DNA of 63,978 bases, the filler included, from Octopus bimaculoides (lineage: Eukaryota), in the NCBI RefSeq assembly GCF_001194135.2. It is 5 parts of 4 records of this genome, joined end to end, with 100 filler letters (N's around TTAATTAATTAA, not from the genome) between each part and the next. Parts side by side here need not be neighbours in the genome. Positions count along the whole stretch, not along the records: positions 62,738 to 63,978 come from NW_026435202.1; 4 more parts are not named here. One strand, given 5' to 3'. A program made the position numbers and the translations under genes. Position 1 is the stretch's first letter; each line of letters starts with the position of its first letter. The notes below the pieces were generated by a model, which was not told the DNA's origin, did no database searches, and saw only the letters and a list, made by a program, of their open reading frames with translations. Shown piece by piece: positions 63,651-63,978 of this stretch.

Positions 63651-63947
63651 GGTAATTANNNNNNNNNNNNNNNNNNNNNNNNNNNNNNNNNNNNNNNNNN
63701 NNNNNNNNNNNNNNNNNNNNNNNNNNNNNNNNNNNNNNNAAAGAAAGAAAGAAAGGAAGAAAGGCTACGTGATTCTGTAATAGAGGATGAGATGAGAGAG
63801 GGAGTAAAAGGGAGAAGGAGAAAAAACTAGAGGAGAAGAAGAGAGAGAGAGAGAGGGCAAATTAGAACAATACGTTCTTAGTAATGAGGGAAAGTATGAG
63901 TTGAGAGACAAAGAGAAAAAAGAGAAGTGTTAATATATAATGGGGGA

Positions 63948-63978
<31 letters not shown>

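Overview
AT-rich animal genomic DNA, dense in microsatellites and broken by 22 N-gaps. The repeat families look like those of octopus (Octopus bimaculoides-like draft assembly); this is inference from recalled repeat sequences, not a database hit. No intact protein-coding gene, rRNA, true tRNA or CRISPR array is supported, and almost all ORFs in the track are translations of microsatellites or gaps. The window is a transposon graveyard with three tRNA-derived SINE families (working names SINE-1, SINE-2, SINE-3; about 25 copies or fragments). It also has decayed CR1-like, RTE and R4/Dong LINEs, a Penelope-like element, two Tc1-like fragments, a mariner derivative, a pogo-like element and a hAT MITE. 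Four 100-nt joins carry an artificial TTAATTAATTAA linker, so contiguity across them is not guaranteed. The most interesting signals are RNA-structural. (1) A CR1-like LINE 3' end and SINE-2 share a terminal motif whose stem-loop shows compensatory base changes. (2) Several near-perfect TA-flanked foldbacks occur, including a 27-bp stem with a single A-C mismatch. (3) Degenerate minimal hammerhead-ribozyme-like motifs are scattered through the window, one at the 5' end of the Penelope-like element; none is intact. (4) A mariner derivative is built from two 5' halves head-to-head. (5) R4/Dong fragments sit in (AAT)n tracts. Boundaries were read by eye and may be off by a few to tens of bases.
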